Assembly (NCBI GenBank): GCA_950097015.1
Contig: CATNEN010000007.1
Coordinates: 6,014,001 to 6,078,000, forward strand
Length of the DNA: 64,000 nucleotides
Reading direction: 5' to 3'
DNA from: Macrostomum hystrix
Taxonomy: Eukaryota; Animalia; Platyhelminthes
In this document: piece by piece, positions 1 to 14,036 of the stretch
Layout: every line of letters starts with the position of its first letter
Position numbering within the stretch: position 1 is the first letter of the stretch
Position numbers and translations under genes: made by a program
The notes under the pieces: model-generated
What the model saw: the letters and a program-made list of their open reading frames with translations, nothing else
Databases searched by the model: none
Told to the model about the DNA's origin: nothing

Positions 1-1579
1 TGGTGGATAGGGATGTCACAAAGTCGAGCTCATGCAGCATCGGGTGCCGCGGCGGGGCGCGGGCGTCAAGCTGACCCGGAACCATGTAATGAGCCGATGC
101 AGGGCCAAATGCGAACAACGACCACGCGGGGCCGATGATGCAGAACTCCCAGCAAGCGTGCCCGCCGCCATCAATATGGCATCCCCCCGCAATGCTTTTT
201 GTGGAGAAGCTGCAGGCAGCTCAGCTGCAGCCGAAATCGCATGCGCAGAGGCGCAGGGGGCGGGGAGACGCGACCGCCGAGGCGTCTCTGCGGGGCCCGG
301 CCGGATTATCCCTAGCCAGGGGGGGGGCGCCTAAATAATCCCAAACAATGAGGAGAAATTCCCCGCGATCCATTCCTACTCTTTTTTCTTCCCGCGCAAT
401 GAAGCCTCTTCTTTAGTAAGTCGCTTTTTCTAAATTCTTTTTTTCACTCAAACAGAGACATTGTGAAAAAGCTGCCCGATCTCAACTACTGGAGCCCCTG
501 CTCTTCAACTGCAGCAATTCTGCAAATAAATGGGAGAATTTGGAATAAAGAGAGGGGAGGGGAAAGCATCCCAATTCAGCCGCCGCAGCCACGCATGAGT
601 GCTGAGCTAATCCCCTCACATCTCAGGCCCAGGTAAAAACAGATTTGCTCTTCCCATCCGCAATTCTTGTTCCCACTTGGTGCGGCGGCCATGCGCGACC
701 CGCATTCATTGATTTTGCTGCTTGAATCTCCCAATCTCCCGATTCCCCAATTTCCTAATCTCCCAATTGCAGCCGCCCCTCAACCTGTGGGCCACCCGTT
801 GCGCTTGCCTGATTCTTGAACAAATTCCACAACTTCAATCCGCATCGGGCAGGTGGCCGGGCGGGGGTTGTCCGGGGCGCCATCCAGCGCGATTCCCATG
901 GCATGGAGATAGGCCGCCCACCTCACTCCTCGCCTCCTCACCCGCATTGTGATGCGGCCGGCCACTGCCGCCGACTTGCCGCCGCATTCCGCGCTGTCCC
1001 ACCGGACAAGAAATGCAAGAGGAAAATTGGCAAAATTGGCTTCAGCTTTGGGGGGGATTTCACCTCTCACTCATCCCGCGCCATCCATCTATTGATTGGG
1101 CACCCATGGGAAGCATTGCTAGCTAAAGCAAAATGGAATGCGGAAGCAATCTCGAATAGGTGAGCGGCACTCGTTCAATTGTGTCGGAGAGGCAGAGAGA
1201 CAAGGAGAGTTAATTGAAGCGGATTCCGATTGTCAGCGCTCAGGTATGTTATATGTCTAGATAAGGCCAGATAAGATGGCACGATCCATCCAGCTGGCTA
1301 ATCAGCTGCTGAGAGGCGCATCAAACTGCTTGGCAAGTTATGAACTGCGGCTGAAATGCCTTTTAAATTAGCTTAACAAAGACGGACAGTTGCAAGGCTG
1401 TGATGAGTGGAATTGGACAGATTTATGTCAGATATCAAGGATAGAGACAAAGAGATGAGCGAATAGTGGAGCCGTATGGAGTGAGCCATTGTCAATTTTT
1501 TATCTAAAGAGTATCGACTGACGGATAAGGTAAGAACGCGAGTGAAAAACAGAGTGACGGAAAGAAAGACAGAGACAAA

Positions 1580-1628
1580 GTAAGAGAGAGAGAGACAGAG
1601 AGAAGGACAGAGAGAGACAGAGAGAGAC

Positions 1629-1662
<34 letters not shown>

Positions 1663-2110
1663 GGGCAGAGAGAGACAGAGAGAAGGACAGAGAGAGACAG
1701 AGAGAAGGACAGAGAGAGACAGAGAGACAGAGAGAGAGAAGGACAGAGAGAGACAGAGAGACAGAGAGAGAAGGACAGAGAGAGACAGAGAGAGACAGAG
1801 GGAAGGGCAGAGAGACAGAGAGAGAGAAGGACAGAGAGAGACAGAGAGAGAAGGACAGAGAGACAGAGAGAGACAGAGTGAGAGAAAGACAGAGAGAGAC
1901 AGAGAGAGACAAGGAGAAGGACAGAGAGAGACAGAGAGAGACAGAGAGAGACAGAGAGAGACAGAGAGAGACAGAGAGAGACAGAGAGAGACAGAGAGAG
2001 ACAGAGAGAGAGACAGAGAGAGAGAGAAGGATAGAGAGAGACAGAGAGAGAGAAGGACAGAGAGAGACAGAGATAGAGAGAGACAGAGGGAGAGAAGGAC
2101 AGAGAGAGAC

Positions 2111-2185
<75 letters not shown>

Positions 2186-2195
2186 GAGGCAGAGA
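1580..2195. repeat. (AG)n/(AGAC)n compound microsatellite
   Basis: Continuous gagagacaga-type repeats ending in pure (acag)n; source of the spurious SLSVSL/RERQRET ORFs. Confidence 0.97.
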
Positions 2196-4431
2196 GATGG
2201 GGTCAGAGGGGAAAAACGCACGCAGACAAATGCGGCTGGGACATTGCGTTGATAACGTGTGTCGAGAGTCGGACATCTCTTGGCCGGGCAGAGAAACTTC
2301 ACTGGCTGATTTTCAGTTTCTATCCAAAGGCCCGGAACTCCCCTTTCAATAAGTGAAATTTCAGGCGCGGGCGCCCGCGATTATCAATCAAGCGGCGACT
2401 CGGGCCGGGGGGATCAGGATTCAGGAACGGGTCCGGCGGGAAGCGTTTTGCGGCCGGGCCCGGCAACGGAACTCGATTTCGGCAGAGGGGGTCGGTTGCG
2501 CAAAAATGGAATAAATTGTGCCGCGACCCCCGTGCCATTGCGAGCTGAGGCTAACGGGAGGGGAAATAAAAATTCCGATGCCTGCATTCTCCATCAACCG
2601 GCATCCCTCATCCCCATTCCGCTCCCCGCTAGCCCTGGCCACGCGGGGGATATCAAATTATCCGGCTTGGTTGGGGAGGGCAGATTTCGGGATTAATCTG
2701 GCGGCAGCCAATGAGGAGGCGCTGGCTGTTTACCGCTGAGCTGGCCACGGCATTCACTTCTCAGTGTCGGCCGCTTCTCTCAGAGTTTTATCTGCCCCCC
2801 GTCCCTGGTGAAGTCCGCGCAACCTTCAAAGATAGAAAGGCTAGCGGCCGATTGTCAAACACAACGGGCTTGGAAATCTGCTGCTGGATTAGCCGAGCTG
2901 CCGGGCTGCCCGGCTGTCATCGCTGGACCCGCGGCGGTGGACCGGGGAGGCCGCACCTCCGCCACGCTTGTGGCCCAGTAAATTTATATCCCCTCCCTCC
3001 ATCATGCAGAGGCTTCTCTGCTTCATAGCCGGCGAAGCTTTAACAAAAGTGAATCCACTCAGTCTTCTAAACTGAAGGATTCCGCCACCCCCTGCAGCCT
3101 TTGTGGCCCCGCCCTCTGCACCCCCAGCCCCTCGCATTCGGCTTGATTGCGGCAGTGCAGGAGGGATTTTTTGATAAGACTCCCTGCCGGCCCTCAAAGC
3201 GCTTCGTCACCGCCCGGCCAGATACTGCATTGCATTGGGAGGCCAGTTGATACGTAAATATTTGTGGAGGCGAGTGACAACAGCTTTCATTATATACTGA
3301 GGCAATTTTTCAGAGTGGCATTTTCCCTCTGATAGAGGGGGGTGGGAGATCACAGAGCGAAACAAAGAAGCAGATGGTGACAGAGGGGGGCCGAGCGCCA
3401 GTGTGAAAAGGCATCCGCCTTTCACGGAGCGCTCAGTAATTTTCGGATGAAAAGGTAAAAAGAGGCTCACAAAGGCAAAGAGATTGTGGGGGTGGGCAAT
3501 CTCTCCAATGTTTTAGCTGTTTTTGGTCTGGCGGCTTCTAGCATTTCCGGCAATCTGAGATTTTTTTTATTCCGGATAGTCGGCAAACATTTGGCAGGAT
3601 GTTCGCCATTCAATTAGTATCAGAGCTGCTGCAACATCCGCAGCTTTAATGCATCGATATTGGATCTCCGGGCTGGGGCATCATTCGCTTCATTCCATTA
3701 TTCCCCGTCGCCAAGCCTTGAACAGCTGCATCTGGCAAAGGAATGGAAGGAAGAGGATCTGGCGGAGGGGATGGCAAAGCTAATTCAATTGCAACTGCTT
3801 CTTGAGAGCTGATGAAGCTTACAACTAGGCCCCGCATTCAGCTCATTAATTATCAAGAAAAATAAACTGAGCTTGTTTGTACAGGGCCGCATTCCTACGG
3901 TGTTTGTCTCTGACAGCTACTGGAATGGGCGAAGCTTAGTTTTTGCTGCAGGTCACATAGAAAAATGCGAATTATAGTAGGCTTCACTCTGCCACAACTT
4001 TCTGTTCTGTTTTACTCTCTCTCTGCCACTTCTATATAGAACGGTTGCCTTGTAATCCGAAGGTTATAGTTAAAAATGATATATATATATATAAAATTAT
4101 CAATATTAGTCGGAAAAGGCCAAAAACATGATTTACAGATTTCGATACAGGCGTAATACATCTCAGCCTGATTGCACATTTGCTATAGCTAGGAACAGCT
4201 TTGATTTGTCACTATCGGAAGCCGGGTGGGATGGCATCTTATTGCGGATGCTGTGGCGAGACACTAGACCAGCATTAGCGCTCAGCCCTCAGCACATTCC
4301 AGCCCCCACTGAATGCGGTGTAATGAATGACACGGAATTCAGCTTTTGTGCTGTCCTAGTCACGGCTTCTTGCCGATCTTTGTTGTCAACGGAAACCAAC
4401 CGCAACCACAAAAACTTGATATTTATTGCAG

Positions 4432-7400
4432 CTCTACGAGTTGTCGGAGGAGCCAAAGCGAAAGCAATTTCTGGACGACCTGTTCGCCTACATGCAGCGG
4501 CGAGGTGAGTGGGTATTCGGCTTATTTCGTGCCCGGTGATAAATCTAACAGCAATGCCTTTATTAGACTGAAAAAAACCCGGATGAAACGGCTCGTAACT
4601 CAGGCGGATCAGCGCTGCTGACCTCTCCGAGTGGTTTGATGGCTAAAATGGTCGGCCAGTTGTCCCTGAACCCGCTGCGAGAACTAGATTTTCCTTCTAA
4701 TTCCGGCGAATTCGCACCAGAGACGCCACAGTCATCAGCTGTGGGCTCTGAGTGCGGAATGCTGCTTTGCCCGTGTTTGCGTGTGTCCCTGCCGCAAAAG
4801 GGATAAAAAATTTGGTTCATTAAAGCATTTTTTCAGTCAGCCGAATGATAGAGCCAGACAGACGGGAGTGCAGCAGAGGGGGAGAGACCCGATGGAATGT
4901 TCAAGGAGTCGCTGGGAAGATCCGGCCACATCTTAGCCCATGGTGGAAGTTATCTCGCCTGACAGCAGAGTTGGCACCCGGGCCGGATGGGAGGGCAATT
5001 AGTGAGGACCTGGGCAGTACCGACGCCCACCCCGCCTCCCAATGCATTGTCAATTTTAATGTTTACCCTTGGCCGGGACAGTCAACTACTTATAGCCGAG
5101 CTGAAGGACCAGAGAGGTGGGGGCGCGGCTTTTCTCAACCCTCTCATCCCATCGGCCTGACAAGACGGACAGGCCGAATAAGAAAGCGAGTCAAGGGAGA
5201 ACAACAAGGGAAAAGTGGAATTCCGTGGGTTTAATTGGCAACAGGAGGGCCGGAATCGGACTGGGATAAAACTCGGTAGAAGGCAAGGAGTAAAATGAAA
5301 TGATACAAGGAACAAGGAGAGAAGATTTCCTGGGAATGCGAGTACTGTGGGGAGTTCTTGATATCAGAAGCCGACGATGGAATGCCGCCCTCGTCTCCCG
5401 CTCCTCTCTCTCGATCCCGCCGCCGTGACAAGCCTCGGCGGGCAATGGGAGTGTTTGGAGGCATCGGGAAATTTTGATTTTCCAGACAACTGTTCCGCCT
5501 CCCCAGCCCCTCCTGATCTCCGCATCTCCAAGCTCGGCGGGCTCCTCTGCCGGCTCTCGTCACGGGGCGCCACTTTTAATTACCCCTCCAGGGGACGGTC
5601 GGGCTGATTCCCCCCTGTCTCTTCATCTCTGCTGTGCGCGATCCCCATTTTTATAATAGCCTCCAAAGTGCGACTGCTGAGGTAACAGTTGCGAGCGATC
5701 GCCTAGCCTCTCATTTATCCCCCAGTTTATGAACGGACATTGTGGACAGCGGGGAGATCTTGCTTAATTAAACAAATCATTCGGTAAAGGGCGGCTCTCC
5801 AAGCAGGCCGCCCCTGTCCGTTAATTCCTCCCTGTCGGATCTTCTTTAGCTTCTTGTTGCAACAAATGCCAGATCAATCTTCATTAACATCAGCTGCGTA
5901 TGGGGACATCCGGCAAGGGGAGGCTTGGGGTATTCGAACACGGCGAGGGATGGGATAAATGTATAGGGATTCTAATCTTTAGTTACCTCGGTCGCCATCT
6001 TCGTTTAGAAAGATTCTTCGATTCTTAATAATAATAAAATCCCAATTGCCCGTGCATTGCAGGAACTCCGGTGAACCGGATTCCCATCATGGCCAAGCAG
6101 GTGCTGGACTTGTACGAGCTGTTCCGCCTGGTCGTCAGCAAAGGCGGCCTGGTTGAGGTCATCAACAAGAAGCTGTGGCGAGAAATCACCAAGGGCCTAA
6201 ACCTGCCATCGTCCATCACCAGTGCGGCCTTCACTCTGAGGACTCAGTGAGTTGAACATTGGACACAATGGACACCCGGGCAAAACCTTTCGAAATTTCA
6301 CTAAATTTCATTTTAAAATTACAATGATATTTGCAGGGAGGATGTGGCACATCATTTGGTGATAGTACGAGTAGACTTGCAGTCAGCGTGAAGGCAATTC
6401 TGCCCGTTCCGCTGTATGCAGGCACGCACACTTGCACAGGTGTGTACATCTGCCCTGACTTTCTCATCGTCAGGCAGTGTCCACTTCACTGTGCCTTGGA
6501 GGTTGGCCCTCAATGGCGTAAATTGTACGACAAGCCCCTGAGCCTTCTCTCTGCGGCTGCGCCTCAAAGTGGCGGAATCGAGCTCAGGGACCTTGGTGCG
6601 AGACAGACGAGACAGACTCGTTAACTGCTCTGCCAATCACTCCCTCAAGAAAACTTTTTTATGAGTCCGTGAAAAAAATCTTACGCGTGTCCACAATCGA
6701 ACGCTCCCACCCAATGCAGGTACATGAAATACCTGTACCCGTACGAGTGCGAGAAGCTCAAGCTGAGCAGCCCTGGCGAACTGCAGGCGGCAATCGATGG
6801 CAACCGACGCGAGGGCCGCCGTCCGAACTACCCGGCATTCGAGTGCGGCCCGGCCCCGGGCGGCCTGCCTCCGCTGCTCACCTACCACAGCTCGCTGGCC
6901 ACCGGCAAAGCCTTGTCGGGTAAGCCTAAGAAAACACGCTCTACTGTCTACTAGTCAGTAGTGCATTGAACTACGCGAGTTCAAATACGCTGAACATCAA
7001 GCACAATGCTCGCATCATCTTTTCAGACCGCGACTTTACCTGCCTCACTCCGCCATTACTGCGGGCCACCCCGGGAGATGACAGGCATCTGCAGCATCAC
7101 CAGCCTCATCATCACCACCACCACCATCATCAGAGCCTGTCCGAAGCGTCGCCCAAGGATCTCAGCTCTGCTGCCGCCGCCGCCGCAGCGAAGGCCTTTA
7201 TTGGCGACTCTGGCAATGGTAGCAGCGGCGGCAGTGGCGGAAGCAGCGGCTCCCTGAAGCGTTCTTCCAGCGGCAGCGACAACGCCTGTGCCGCTCCCTT
7301 CCTGCCGGGTGTCGGTGATCTTCAGGGGCTACCGCCGGCGAAGCGCCCCACAGTCAACGGTGGAAACAGCGCCGGCGGCGACACTCGCAGCCCGCCCCCG

Positions 7401-8277
7401 CTTCCGGCCGGAGTCGGAGTCAACAGTGGCGGAGGAGGCGGTGCTGTCCAGTTCCCATTTCCGGCTGGGCTGCCGCCGTTTCCAGGCCTTCCGATTCCGT
7501 CAGCCGGCGGCGGCATCCGCATTGCTGGTCACCCTGGTGAGTGCTTGACCAAAATATAATATTTTTTAATAATAATAATAATTGATAATACCCGCCCCCA
7601 TCGGTACAATTGTGCAGCCGACAGCACAGCTGCAGCTGTTACGCGGCGCATTTGACGACTGCGTACGGCTGTTCAGTCCATCGACTAGGGGAGGGGGACG
7701 CCACACCCACCCTCAATTACCCCACCTTGCCAGCTAATGCTGGTACCCATTTAAAAGCTGTGTGAACTGAAGCAATGCAGATTTAATTGTCTTGCTAAAT
7801 TATACAAACTGTTCCACTAGAGTTTGGAATCGAACCCCCGACCTTCAATTAGTGAATCCGATGCTCCTTACACAAGACTAAAACCTCTCCATAGGAGTAC
7901 TGAAGCCTGAAGCCTAAAGGCGAGGTTAGATGTTCGAATCTTAGCCCACTAGAAAGTGAGAATGGCACTCAATCCCACAGTGCTTCAGCTCCTCAAGCAA
8001 CCTCAAAATGTGTACCAGCTTCTAGTACAGCTAGAAGCTCCTACCCAGTCCACTGATTGATTCTTATCTGGCCCAACTAGGTCAGGGCTATTTCTATTCT
8101 ACTCTATCCATTCTACCATAGAACTAGGCCTAGATCGTTTGAACGAATTAAAACTCCCCAATCATTGCTCACTAAGGCGGTCACCTGGGACTTCCGGACT
8201 CCTCGGTGGTGATCTCCATGGAGATGAACGGCCTCGTCTACCACGGCGTTCTCTTCGCCCAGCCGAAGCGGCACTGA
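4432..8277 (+). CDS. ARID3: ARID3/dead ringer (retained) family transcription factor, 5'-partial
   Basis: Exons 4432-4504, 6063-6246, 6720-6919, 7027-7536, 8177-8277 (GT-AG, phases consistent). They give LYELSEEPKRKQFLDDLFAYMQRRGTPVNRIPIMAKQVLDLYELFRLVVSKGGLVEVINKKLWREITKGLNLPSSITSAAFTLRTQYMKYLYPYECEK (extended ARID) and a C-terminal REKLES-like SMEMNGLVYHGVLFAQ. Upstream exons were not found and probably lie before the window. Confidence 0.95.
6329..6646 (-). mobile_element. tRNA-derived SINE family A copy (ARID3 intron)
   Basis: Matches the copies at 19867, 33233, 46307 and 62099; tRNA-like head with box A/B on the minus strand. Confidence 0.88.
7568..7887 (-). mobile_element. tRNA-derived CORE-like SINE family B copy
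   Basis: Reverse complement of 41161-41467, including the (ATT)n tail and the GGTTCGATTCC B box. Confidence 0.88.
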
Positions 8278-9199
8278 GCGCGGATCAACGCGCGAATCCG
8301 GCCTCTTCAGACAGCAAACTCTTGGCCAGTTGGTACAGGATCTTTCCCTTCAAAGCGCTGAATTTCCGCACACAAAAGTAGCGAGCACACGTAGGAGAGG
8401 CTGCTTGACGCAATCGCACCCTCACTGAGTCTGAGCAGATTTGTAAAATATTGCATATGCTTATTATATATTCGTATATTAAATGCCACACTTTGTTGAT
8501 TTTAATTTCTTTAAGTCCATATCTTTGCACTGCTGCTTTCAATACAATTGGGATCTTATTCCTGCCGAAATGCTTGATTTTCCCAATCGAATCCCGCCTC
8601 TATTAAGTTCCCCATCTATAGGTTCAGATTTTTTTCCCCCCACAGCTTAAGTGTATCGGCAAGCGAAAATTCAACAACAATTTCGATTGTTCACATTTAT
8701 TCACTATGTAAGTTTTCTGTACAGATCCAAATGAACTGAAATCGAGCTTGTAAAACAGCGACCACATTGCAACCACAGCCCAGAGTAAGATTAGCCGTTG
8801 TTGTTTCTGTTCATTTTATCGTCTATGGTTCTGCACCCTCATGTGACACTCTGCACGCAGAACATTATTAAAGTAAGTCCTTGTTGTCTTGCACCCCAGT
8901 ATAACACAGTCTCTCTATAACACACATCTGAATGTCCAACGCTGTGCAAGATAGTCATCCATGCGAAATGCTATGAAAGCAGCTTGGGCAAATAATAATT
9001 GGCTTCAGTGTTTCAATTTGAAATCTTGCAGTGAAGTTTCTGTTTCAAATAAATGTCTCACTCTTGCTTTGAGTTTTATCTAATGATTGATGACTACAGG
9101 TCGCAATTAGTCTTTGCTTCGACTTCAACACAATTTAGGCAGGCGTTTTCTGTAAATTTTCTCGCAAGTGGTCGATGGTTGACCCGCCACCAGCGTGGA

Positions 9200-9440
9200 A
9201 GCAATTCCGCATGAGCACAGGCGCTCACTGACAGGCGTGTACGCACTTCATCATCAGGCAGTGTACAGTGTGACTGTGCCTTGGGGGTTTGACTCTAATG
9301 GGCGTAAATTTCACGACAAGACCACAAGCTTTCTCTCAACCGCTAAATCCCAAATTCTCGTGACGTCACCGAGAACTTGAGCAAAAAGACTTTGAGTACA
9401 GAGAGTCGGACACTATACCGCTGCGCCACGCAACCTCACC
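9200..9440 (-). mobile_element. Diverged SINE A-related copy with a different tRNA head
   Basis: Body gcagtgtacag...ctgtgccttggggg...gggcgtaaatttcacgacaag matches SINE A; head on the minus strand reads gaggttgcgtggcgcagcggtatag. Confidence 0.65.
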
Positions 9441-11991
9441 GGCATAGAGCTTGCCCCTTGACAGTCACATTTTAGAAGAAAATAATACTTTGGAAGTCGC
9501 TTGCTCTTCGTCCAAGAAGTCTTCCGCTTTCCCAGCGTGTTGACAGCTTGCAAACCACATGGTAAATTGTGTCATGCTATAAAGCTGCTGGAAGACTAGG
9601 TTGATCTTGGCTCCCATCTTGACAGTGCGAATTTCAGCGTTTAAGTTTGAGCCTGGTAAAACGGGCCTTGTGATTTGGGTCAGCTATATATGCAGCGTTA
9701 ATTCGAAACGGTTAAGAAACGAATTCGGAGTTCAAGAATGTATCGCAATGTCTGCAAAATTTTCAACTTTGCCTATGGTTTTTTAAAGTTCAAATATCAT
9801 AAACAGGTGAGCTCTGTTTTGCAATTGATGCCATTAATAGCTTGCATGAATATAGATTTCAACACCACTCTGATTGAGCCTTCTCAGCTTACACCGCCAA
9901 AAAGTTAAAATTGACGGCAGAGCAACAATGACTGAAGCATCACGCCAGACTGGGAAAGTCTATGGGGCACGCATGTTTTCATTAGGCTGACGTGTGACCC
10001 GGGATCATGCTTGGCGGCGCTTGACAGTAACGTGACAATGACAGAAAACTACAGATGCCGGCGACACTTAGCTGACGTGTGCCTCGTCGTTGAAATTCTT
10101 CTCGTATTTGTCGGCACTCGGGTCGGGCCAACGGCTTACTGTCAGTCGCAGACACTTGAGCGACAAAATCCGCTTGCACCGCTGTCGGGCTGTCAGCTCT
10201 GGCTCCTAAGCTGCAGCTCTGTTTCGGCTTGAGCCACAGAACTCTGCAAAAGGCTTCTATAAAAGCGGCAAACTGCCGTCTGGCCAGAAGCAGCAATCCA
10301 CTTGCCAGCACTGGACTCTCTTGTTGTCTGCCGCGTCTCCAGCATTAACACTGTCTCAGCAACTATGTCTCTCAGCAGGGCTGCAGTTATAATCTTCCTG
10401 CTCGGTTGGTTGATCTCAGCGGGCCAGACAGCTCGTCTCACAAAACTGCGGGCCGACTTGACTCCGCTAGCAGCAGACGATAAGGCCAAGCGAATTCGGA
10501 TGGACTGTGAGTTTGGCTCCTGAGCAAAGCGTCGAATAACGTACTTCGTAAGCTAAGGCTAATTGTGCGCGTGTCGCCCCTGCCTTTTCTTTTTATTTTA
10601 GCGCGCCAAGCGTTTGTGCCGTTCTGCACCTACCGCTGCAAGATGCACTATGGCTCGGATCGCCCATGCGTTGGCTACTTCAATCCGAAAATGAATGTCT
10701 GCCTCTGCGTCTGCACCAGATTCGCTGGGGTCTGATGGACTACTCGGAATGCAGATCCGCATGGCAACAACGGCATTCCGCCTTGACGTGTCTCCGGAGA
10801 ATAATAACCACATTGATTTGCACTCGGCAAAACAAAAATCATATAAAAATATCGCACACGAGGTTCCCCTTTCTTTAAGCACAGATTTAGGAACTGAATT
10901 AAGTATGCGAGAACACATCATAATACACACTTTCAGGTCGTAAATGCAGATAACACGTAGATGCCGCCCAACAGAAAATGTAGACTTTAGTCTAGAAATT
11001 AGCGATAAAGAGAACCATTTTTTCACCGAGGAAAATGTACCTTCCCGATAAAATGCACTATTTTTTCAAGATAACGCAGCTGCACTTTTCTGCGCGCAAC
11101 AAAACAAATGACCGATTTTTTTTTTCATTTTTATTTCGAATTGGAGTTTCGAATTGGAGTACTAAGGGGCCGTGAATGCTACCACCAGAAAAAAAGTTTT
11201 TATTGAACAAAAGCACTTCTAATTATCTGTTGGTGTATGCTAGCGCTGCTGGTGCGAGAAGTGCCTTGTCGTTCTATCTAAAGAATGAAATGAGAATGTA
11301 ATGCATTGACCTTCATGAAGCCTGCGGAAATGATTTTACGCACAACTTTTTACTGTTAGTAGCATCAAAGGCACAGAAAATAAATGGCCCATTAAAAGGT
11401 TTTATAGTTAACTATACGCAGACTTTAATTTCTGGGCTCTGGATTCAGTTATGCTCGCCATCCATGTTTACAATCTAATATCATCAAATATCATGAAGGA
11501 AAACTTATCTACCAGGGCAATGTCGCCAGAATGGATATAGTTATTTCTATAGGCTTAGCTGTATATGAGCAAGACAAGGCTAGCAAATAAAGCTATAGCT
11601 GAGATGCACTCGATTCTTCTTTGCATAACTCAGGAAACCAGCGCACAATGAAAAGCTAAAAATATTTACATGTAGCTCTGTAAATTTGTTGTGCAAACAT
11701 TTCAGCAGACTGTATATAAGCTTGTGACATCCAATGGACACTGCAAAAAATTTCAGCGTGCAAACAATAGCCGCAGAAAGTTTCTTTCGCACAAAAATAA
11801 AGCGCATTATGCTTATAGTGGAAGGTACAAGCACGGTTCAGTACAACTGCAAGAGAAAGCGTTGTTCGATTCCATACAGACAGTGCGCAAAACTTATACA
11901 AAGAGTAATAATGATTTCATGTACATGATCGCCGGCAATGATAACGAAAAACACAATATATGATGCATCAGCAAACTCATAAACTAGTAGT

Positions 11992-12120
11992 CAGTGGCGT
12001 AGCCAGGATTCTTTTCTAGTGGGCCCCGCTGTGGAGCACCACTTAGTATGTCGAGTCGGGTTTTAGCACCGGGTTCGGGTTTCGGGTCGGCTTTCGGGTT
12101 CGGTTTCGGGGTTTTGGATG
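11992..12120. mobile_element. Orphan end of a hAT-like non-autonomous DNA transposon
   Basis: Starts CAGTGGCGTAGCCAGG (resembles common hAT TIRs), followed by (CGGGTT)-like subterminal repeats; partner TIR not found. Confidence 0.45.
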
Positions 12121-12629
12121 TTTTTATTTTTAAACATATTTTTGGCTTCTTGAAACTTTGAAACATCTGTGTCTTCTCGCTTGCGAAAAAACTGCTTACA
12201 AGACAGACGCTAACGCGTAAAAAATCCAGGAAACTGTCTTACATTCACGTTTTTCTCGTTATTGCTACGGAAAATTTGTCCCTAGCTAAGCTAAAATGTA
12301 ATGCAGAATGGCAGAAAATTTAAAAGGAAGATTTTTCACTCTTTTTGCCGGGAGCGAACCACTTAGTAAATAGTTTTACTAAAATGATGTGTCGAATATG
12401 CTTTAAAATTATCTAATAATATGCATGCATGCTTCTACTTAATATGCAATCGATATAATTATACTGGTTCTTCAAATGCTGTCGATAAAAGATTCACCGA
12501 AATGGGAAGATATGCAAAAACTTGCATTTTGCCTTTATTTACATGTTTTCTAAAACGTAATGTACTGGTTTTCTGTTTTTGTTTAAAAAGTCTGCAGCCC
12601 AAATAGCAATTTGCCTAGCTATTCGCCTA

Positions 12630-12690
12630 GATACATTCGCGACGTTAATTTTAACATCGTGTATTGGCGCCATTTTAAATTAAAATAGTG
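12630..12690 (+). promoter_or_regulatory. Putative promoter of the Nup50 transcription unit
   Basis: CpG-containing patch with ATTGGCGCCATTTT (overlapping E2F-like TTGGCGC and YY1-like CGCCATTTT) directly before the CpG-depleted domain. Confidence 0.4.
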
Positions 12691-14036
12691 GAAGTTATCC
12701 TGCTGTAGCCAGTGCATAGCAGCAGCAAGTTCGCAATTGTAAGAGCATTGGAAATATTTTATTTAGTTCCCAAGTTTTTTCTAATCTTAAGTAGCAAAGT
12801 CTGTATGAGCTACAAGAATTAAAAATAATTTACTGAACTCTTATTTTGATTTGTGTCACATAGCCTAGTACATTACATGGGGGGTCTAATGTTAATGTAA
12901 AGGGACAATAGTATTTGTTACGCATTTTATGATCGAATTAGGTTCAAATATATTGTTTTATTCTTTTTTATGTTTAGTTAGTGTTTTATTCTATTCTGTA
13001 TCAGGTATCAGGTTGCACTTTGAAGTAAGTAAAAGTAAAGTAGTAAAACGAAAAGTACAAATTGAAATTGAGAATAATGTATTGTGACTAATATTTCTTG
13101 CATACTGTATTCTTGTAATGAATAAGATTACATAATAGTATAAAATCCAATTGAGACACATCGTCACACAAGACTGCTACACACCAAGAGGCACAATAAG
13201 GCCATAGCATTCAGGGGAATGATTGTTGGTCTACTATACTACTATAGTGCTATTGGATAGGCCTAGCTTGGGTGGGTTTAAAATGAAAAATATATATTTC
13301 ACCCCTAGGCTACCTAATGTCTCTTGTGGCTCCACTGGTTATTCTTATGTTCAATAATTATCAGCAATTTGTTGTCAACATATTATCAGCAATCAGCTGT
13401 GGCATATTAGTTGTGGTTAACTAAACCAAATACTAAACTGCACATAAATTTGTTTGTATTTATTATGTATTTTAAAAAAATATATGATGTTAGGAATTAT
13501 TGTATTAGTTAGTGACTTTTTAAATTAAAAAATCATCTTAATATATTCAAAGTTTCTAATTCTATCAAGAATAATCCTGATAGATTTAGATGACTCAGAT
13601 TTTACTTAGATTTAGCATGAGTAACAAATCTGTAAAGTTGTTCATGTCATGAGCTGTCACTCCTATCAACATCCAAGACTTCTGGGAACAAAATGTTGCC
13701 TGTTGCCACCACAAGGTCACAACAGCAATTCACAGCTATATTGGAATAAGTTTAACAAACCTGCATATCTCAACACAGGTGCTACAAATTGAGGCACACA
13801 GCACAAATTATACCAATCATCCGTTAAGAATATATTTGGCACATAACAGCTGCTATTGTCTGCATGATTTTGGCAGTCAAACTCAGTGTTATGTCTTGAT
13901 ACATTTTTGCTATAGCTAGCTACTACTTGATTGGCCCCTTGCAACTTCTGGTGCAACACATTGTGACAATTCTCATAAGCAATGAACTATGCAACTATTT
14001 TTCTTCTATCTTGTACTTCCATTTTCTTTATTAATT

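Noticed and set aside
32-1163. GC-rich ORFs as possible ARID3 upstream exons
   Set aside because: None encodes the expected W(T/S)FEEQFKQ segment preceding the ARID and no convincing splice chain was found; likely intronic or regulatory.
1373-2302. Long ORFs (309, 258, 124 aa)
   Set aside because: Translations of the AG/AGAC microsatellite.
9980-11960. Several 60-140 aa ORFs between ARID3 and Nup50
   Set aside because: No recognisable domain, codon bias or consistent exon structure.
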